Shown here piece by piece: positions 58,938-64,000 of a stretch of 64,000 bases of DNA. The stretch is from Candidatus Heimdallarchaeota archaeon (GTDB lineage Archaea > Asgardarchaeota > Heimdallarchaeia > JABLTI01): assembly GCA_018238155.1 (NCBI GenBank), contig JABCTZ010000045.1, positions 1 through 64,000 of the forward strand, written 5' to 3'. Made by a program: the position numbers and the translations under genes. The notes below the pieces were generated by a model that had not been told where the DNA came from, ran no database searches, and was given only the letters and a program-made list of their open reading frames with translations. Each line of letters begins with the position of its first letter. Position 1 is the stretch's first letter.

Positions 58938-60373
58938 TTCTCCCCCTCAGCTATAAATTTAGATAATGCAGATTGTTTTGTATTCTTTTTCGTTGATAGT
59001 GCTGCTTTTGGTTCTTTAATTTCAACTCGTTCTTTTATATGCTTATTTTCAGCAATTTCTTTAGTTGGTTTCAAATTTGCTTTTTTGATATTTTTTGTTT
59101 TTTCTGGTTTAGCATTTTCTTTATGTTTAAATTCATTAACGATTATTTTTGTAGAAACATCACCAATTAAATCGTAAATTGCCAGAATTTCATCTGCTTT
59201 TTCTGAAGAAATGGATTTTTGTCCTAAGATTTTAACAGTTTCATTTGCTAATTCGATCCAACTATTTACTGATTTCTTTTTTAAGCTATATGAAGTTCCA
59301 AGGATTTCAGCCAATGCTGCATCAGAGGTTAAACCATGTACTGCAGATGGTAATTCCTTATGAGTAAAATTCTGAGTAATTATTATATATAGTGCTTCTG
59401 AATTTTTATTTGAAGGCAAATCTATTAAATTAATTAACTTTTTTTTACCCAAAGCAATTCTTCCGGAAAAATCATATCGAATGATAGCTCCTTTTTTATC
59501 ATGTTTTTTCATGAAGGCATTTGCTTTTGAATGAATTTCTTCTATTGGTGTATTATCCTCAAATTCTAATTTGAAACGACCTTTAGGTCTAACAGCAAAT
59601 TCCTTTCGATCAACTTTTGATAACCACTCGTTATTTTCAAAATTAATATTTATACTATAATAGCCAGATTTTTGGAAGTAGCCATCTAGTTCAGGCTTTC
59701 CCCAATCATTCAGACTCGTTTGCTCTGTTGATCCAGGACAATAAAGGTTATTTTCTTTGTCACTCCATGGTTTATGATAATGACCCAGAGCAATATAATT
59801 AAACCCAATACTAGCCAACTCATAACCCGTCATGTCATATACATTGTCATTCACTTGTCCTTGAACATAACCGTGTAGAGCTAATATATTGAATTTGTTT
59901 TTATTTAGTGGATTATTCCTAAGCACTTCCTCAACAACGAGTCCAGTTGATTTTCCATATTCACCAATTCCTGTAATGGTAATATTCTCATTTACTTCAA
60001 TTGTTTCATCTTTTATGTATATTAGATAACCTAAGTCCTCTAAGAGGTTAAGAATAGTTCCTCCAAATCTTTGGGATTGCGCTTTTGATGCATCGTGATT
60101 TCCACGTATAACATAGAATGGTATTTTTTCTTTTTTTAATTTCGAAAGAATTTTTACTGCTTGACATAATGCACCTGGGTTTGGTTTGAAATTGTGAAAT
60201 AAATCACCACAATGTATCACAAATAACGGTTTTTCTTCAATGATTAAATTTACACAATCATTTGCTGCTATAAAGAAATCTTGCCAACGCTCTTTTTTCT
60301 GGTATTGAAAGTAATCTAAGTGCCAATCTGCAGTATGGCAAAACTTTACTTTCTCAGTATTTTTGGAATTAAT
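58934..60373 (-). CDS. mre11: Mre11 nuclease (extended upstream of the ORF-track start; probable ATT start)
   Basis: Frame extends to include motif I HTADWH; also GDLF, GNHD, LGHYH; no ATG/GTG/TTG in frame between the upstream stop and motif I. Confidence 0.88.
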   Translation of the reverse strand: MNSKNTEKVKFCHTADWHLDYFQYQKKERWQDFFIAANDCVNLIIEEKPLFVIHCGDLFHNFKPNPGALCQAVKILSKLKKEKIPFYVIRGNHDASKAQSQRFGGTILNLLEDLGYLIYIKDETIEVNENITITGIGEYGKSTGLVVEEVLRNNPLNKNKFNILALHGYVQGQVNDNVYDMTGYELASIGFNYIALGHYHKPWSDKENNLYCPGSTEQTSLNDWGKPELDGYFQKSGYYSININFENNEWLSKVDRKEFAVRPKGRFKLEFEDNTPIEEIHSKANAFMKKHDKKGAIIRYDFSGRIALGKKKLINLIDLPSNKNSEALYIIITQNFTHKELPSAVHGLTSDAALAEILGTSYSLKKKSVNSWIELANETVKILGQKSISSEKADEILAIYDLIGDVSTKIIVNEFKHKENAKPEKTKNIKKANLKPTKEIAENKHIKERVEIKEPKAALSTKKNTKQSALSKFIAEGEK

Positions 60374-60441
60374 TCTTCCTTCACCTACATTGATTCATTA
60401 TTCATCATCTAATGATGACTCTTTGTTTAAGTTCTCCACTG

Positions 60442-62091
60442 TTAATCTAGCTCAAAATCATCATCATAGTTTTGAGGTTTAGTTGATGTGTTCTTTTGGT
60501 TTTTTATCGCGCTTTTCCATGATTCTGTAATAGGTACGCCTTTACCTCCGAGTTTACCTTCAAACTTTGCGATTTTTACAAGAGCTGGAATTGGTAAACT
60601 TGGTCCAACAACAACTGCTTCTCCTACATTGAGTGATGGTAAATCATTCAGTAGATCATCACTTAAACTCTCACTCGAGCGTAAAATTTGTTGCTGATCA
60701 TAAGGGTTAACAATTCTTAGAATAATTTGGGTATTACATTGTGATAAAACATCACTATCGAGTCTTCCAGGTCTTTGAGAGATTAATCCTAATCCCACAC
60801 CAAATTTTCTCCCTTCTGCCCCAATTTGCTTCAAAGCTTGTGAAGATCGCCCTGACTGTGGTATGAAATTATGTGCTTCCTCAATTACCATTAGTACTGC
60901 ACATGGTAATTTTGATTTTGTATCTTCATTTCTTGCTTTTGCTCTTCCGGCAGTAAATATTTTCCTGGCTAGTAAATCTACTATTGTTTGTTGAGTTCTA
61001 GTTCCAAGACCTGAAAGTGTGATAATACTAATTTGATTTGGTTTTACTAATGAAGGTCCACTTGAATTATAAATCGGTAATTCTGAACTCTTAGTTAAGA
61101 CATCTTTTGCTGGAGCTAAATCTATTCTTGAGAATAAACCGTATTTGGAGTTCTCGAGTCGATTTGCTTCTTTTTTCTTCTCCCCCTCTCGCAAATCTTT
61201 AATAATAGCATCTATTTTTTCCTTTAAATCATCTAAATCCCAATCACGATTACTTTGTTGTAATTGCCAATAAGCTCTACTAAATAGATCCCTTTGAATG
61301 GTTGCTTTCTCAGGGATCTCTAAAAGAGATAGTAATTCATTATGTCTAAAGTTTCTTAGTTTGAAAGCTATTCTTTGTCTACCTACAGTTCGTTTTGCAG
61401 AAAAGACAACCACATCACCAATAATTTTTTTATTCTTAGCAAATGGAACGTAATCCTCGTGAGGATCAACAATTACTATAGATCCACCTAATTCATTGAC
61501 TATTCTCGAGACAATAATTGCTACACTGTAAGATTTACCAGCGCCGGTAATAGCTAAAACGGCAAAGTGTTTTGATACCAATTCATCAATATTCAATTTA
61601 ACTGGTACATCAGGATGAGATCGAAGATTTCCAACAGTGATGTGTCCATTACCAAATATTTTAGCTAGAATTTCACGAGGTGCACGATAAATTTTTGCAC
61701 CTGGATAAGGTGGAAAGCGTGGAGAGATAATTCTATTATTTTTTTCTTCTAAAAAACCAAGAATTCTTGCAGTGGCCCCCAAGCGTTCACCATCTTCAAG
61801 TCTTCCCAATAGAAGGAGTTTATCAATAGATTCTGGCGATTTGATAAGACTTTCAATCAGATTCTCGTTTGAGAGAGCAATTTTTGATATCATTGCAATA
61901 ACTGGTTGAGGAATAATTTCTTTTGGATAATCAATAACTACAAATTCACCCATTTCAAGAGGTGCGCTTCGAGCGATTTTAGGATCTACCACAAGAGTAA
62001 CCTCACTTGGAGTTGATACACCAACAATAGTGGCTACGGGTTTGTTATTATTCCCTCGAGATGAATTTAGTTTAGACACTTTAGTAAACAC
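60442..62091 (-). CDS. herA: HerA helicase/translocase
   Basis: HAS barrel, HFAVLAITGAGKS, EEAH, EGRKFG, SQRP, SQCNT. Confidence 0.93.
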   Translation of the reverse strand: MFTKVSKLNSSRGNNNKPVATIVGVSTPSEVTLVVDPKIARSAPLEMGEFVVIDYPKEIIPQPVIAMISKIALSNENLIESLIKSPESIDKLLLLGRLEDGERLGATARILGFLEEKNNRIISPRFPPYPGAKIYRAPREILAKIFGNGHITVGNLRSHPDVPVKLNIDELVSKHFAVLAITGAGKSYSVAIIVSRIVNELGGSIVIVDPHEDYVPFAKNKKIIGDVVVFSAKRTVGRQRIAFKLRNFRHNELLSLLEIPEKATIQRDLFSRAYWQLQQSNRDWDLDDLKEKIDAIIKDLREGEKKKEANRLENSKYGLFSRIDLAPAKDVLTKSSELPIYNSSGPSLVKPNQISIITLSGLGTRTQQTIVDLLARKIFTAGRAKARNEDTKSKLPCAVLMVIEEAHNFIPQSGRSSQALKQIGAEGRKFGVGLGLISQRPGRLDSDVLSQCNTQIILRIVNPYDQQQILRSSESLSDDLLNDLPSLNVGEAVVVGPSLPIPALVKIAKFEGKLGGKGVPITESWKSAIKNQKNTSTKPQNYDDDFELD

Positions 62092-62158
62092 TCTCTTCTA
62101 TTCTAAATGATGGCAGTACATATGTTCTAATAATCTTTTGTAATATCAATGGTTCTAT

Positions 62159-62440
62159 TTACATGAATGAATATCCAGCCAATATTCCGCTGCCAGATAT
62201 TAATGAAAGACTGATTAGAACAATTCCTTTGACAACGGTTTTTTTCCCACCACGTTCATCCCAACCTGTTGCCCATTGAATTGCTCCAACTATTGCTAAA
62301 ATAACACCAATAGCAAAACAAATAGCTATCAAAAAAGCAATAGCATTGCTAAAAATTGTTTGAAAGTGATTTGGAATGTCTTCTAAGCTTTCCATTAGGT
62401 TATTTACTTCTACATAATATTTGGGAGCTTGAGAGAACAT
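62159..62440 (-). CDS. Small two-TM membrane protein
   Basis: Two hydrophobic helices linked by GWDERGGKK. Confidence 0.6.
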   Translation of the reverse strand: MFSQAPKYYVEVNNLMESLEDIPNHFQTIFSNAIAFLIAICFAIGVILAIVGAIQWATGWDERGGKKTVVKGIVLISLSLISGSGILAGYSFM

Positions 62441-62499
62441 ATCTTATCAAAAATAAGTAGATATTAGGAAATAAAAACACCTAAGTTTTCATTTGAAAC

Positions 62500-63630
62500 C
62501 TATAATCCATTTTTTACAAATGCACCTAATAGAACTAACGCAACAGTAGTAATTACAATTATTACACTCGTTGATGTAACTAATTGCCAATTTTTCATTT
62601 TTTCTGCTTTTGAAGTATGAATAATATAAAATGTATAAATCCAAACGACATACTGTATTAAAAATACCCAATATAGAGAATTAAATCCTACAAATGCTAA
62701 GAAGATACTTTTGTAAATATCAAAATTCTTGACATATGAGATTATAATAATAGTAATCCAAACTACAACAATTACTATAGTAATACAAATACGAATTATT
62801 GAATTTGCAGAATCTAATGGGAAAGGTAAAGAGAGTAATGCAAATAATAGACCTAAATCTTGATCTCGAGTAACATGAACACCTAATACACCTTGAATAT
62901 ACAAAAGAGGATCATTAAGAAATGGTATACTAAAGAGTGTAATTGTTACAAATAAAACAACAATTTTAGTAAAAAGGTTGGAGAAATTGCGTTCATGAAC
63001 ATCATTTTTTAGAAAGAATGGTACAAGAATTAGTGCTATTGGCTTAGTTAAAATAGCCAATGAAAGAAAGATTCCTTCGAAGAAATAAATTTTTTCTTCA
63101 TTAAAAATACAAGCTAGCAAAATGAAAACAAACATTAGTGAATCAAATTTCCCATGCATTGCTCCAGTCATAAGTACCATTGGTGTAAGAAACCAAACAG
63201 CTATTGGTATTTTCAGTCGCCAAACATTATTCACTCTTTTTTGAAGTATGATGTATAATAGAGCTATCACTTGTAAATCAAATAAAAGTATAAGACCCTT
63301 TGTTATTCCAAAAAACCAAGTTTCAGGAAAGATTATGAGAATTAATGAACTGACGTACATCCACAGGGGAAAATAAGCATAAAAGTGTTTTATGCCTTCT
63401 ACTTGAAAACTTTCTAAAGTAGTTTGATAAGGATTTTCACCATTCAAGAACAATTTTGCTGCAGCCTTCCAGACAAAAATATCTGTGGAAGTAAAATTCC
63501 AAAGTAAAATTCTAGCAATTATTCCTGCGAGAATGATAATACCAAATACTATCCATGAGGAATTATTTGGAGAGAAAAACTCTCTAATCTTTGGAAATTT
63601 TGATTCTGTAATCAATCGTTCTTCGTACAT
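62500..63630 (-). CDS. GT-C glycosyltransferase (GT87/PIG-M-like)
   Basis: D..V...A....L.G.NPY, YAYFP, GKFD, K.I; polytopic. Confidence 0.8.
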   Translation of the reverse strand: MYEERLITESKFPKIREFFSPNNSSWIVFGIIILAGIIARILLWNFTSTDIFVWKAAAKLFLNGENPYQTTLESFQVEGIKHFYAYFPLWMYVSSLILIIFPETWFFGITKGLILLFDLQVIALLYIILQKRVNNVWRLKIPIAVWFLTPMVLMTGAMHGKFDSLMFVFILLACIFNEEKIYFFEGIFLSLAILTKPIALILVPFFLKNDVHERNFSNLFTKIVVLFVTITLFSIPFLNDPLLYIQGVLGVHVTRDQDLGLLFALLSLPFPLDSANSIIRICITIVIVVVWITIIIISYVKNFDIYKSIFLAFVGFNSLYWVFLIQYVVWIYTFYIIHTSKAEKMKNWQLVTSTSVIIVITTVALVLLGAFVKNGL

Positions 63631-63776
63631 TGTATTTACCCGCGATAAAGTAAAATTGAGAGTATTTTAACTACTATAAATCCACACTTTTGTTTGTTAA
63701 AACATAAATTTAAGAAATTTTCCATGAAAAAATGAAAAGATGAAAGTAAAATTCAGTGTAATAATGAACTTTCTTT

Positions 63777-64000
63777 CTAGAGTGTTTTTTCTACCTCTTT
63801 CTGATATCGTTCTGATTTATCGCCGAATTTTCTCTCTGTTTTTGATATTAATCTTTGAATATTTTCTCTATGGCTCCATATAATGAATAATCCTGCTACA
63901 AATCCACTTACAGTTAATGGAATACATGTTATTAAATCCAATCCCATTATAAAATAGGTTTCAAGAAAGATGAAAATTGCAGATAAAGGCATTGTGATAA
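63777..64000 (-). CDS. plsY: PlsY-like glycerol-3-phosphate acyltransferase, 3' part
   Basis: C-terminal HRENIQRL...E.KF motif after TM helices; 5' end lies outside the window. Confidence 0.7.
   Translation of the reverse strand, partial: ITMPLSAIFIFLETYFIMGLDLITCIPLTVSGFVAGLFIIWSHRENIQRLISKTERKFGDKSERYQKEVEKTL

Noticed and set aside
8512-63670. Numerous 60-150 aa ORFs antisense to or nested in well-supported genes
   Set aside because: Overlap confident CDSs and carry no recognisable motifs

Overview
AT-rich archaeal chromosome segment, most likely from an Asgard archaeon. That assignment is inferred from TFB, RFC, rpS25e, HerA/Mre11/Rad50 and a BHB-intron tRNA occurring together with eukaryote-signature-type proteins (Rab-like GTPase, MIT-domain protein, Zn-finger/PH/steadiness-box protein) and a PlsY-like acyltransferase. 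Housekeeping blocks (about 5.8-29.3 kb, 33.3-34.1 kb, 48-64 kb) alternate with four accessory regions. (1) About 0.5-5.6 kb: a decaying plasmid/virus-like element with frameshifted SWIM, histone-fold and relaxase-like genes, and an 83-nt hairpin antisense to the start regions of two of its own divergent genes. (2) 29.45-33.27 kb: an IS200/IS605 element with IS608-like ends, a truncated tnpA, captured gene fragments and an intact tnpB. (3) 34.1-39.8 kb: a HEAT-Schlafen gene and a large nonsense-interrupted TnpB/Cas12f-like gene. (4) 39.9-48.0 kb: the most notable feature, an 8-kb island bounded by tRNA-Leu(TAG) and a 42-bp tRNA-Leu 3' fragment. It encodes an HTH/Zn-finger-fused Cas1 homologue with apparently intact catalytic residues, a Cas4-like nuclease, two wHTH proteins, Orc1/Cdc6, a LAGLIDADG-HTH protein and a Schlafen/AlbA fragment, but no CRISPR array, PolB or tyrosine recombinase. 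All family calls are by-eye motif recognition; no searches were run.
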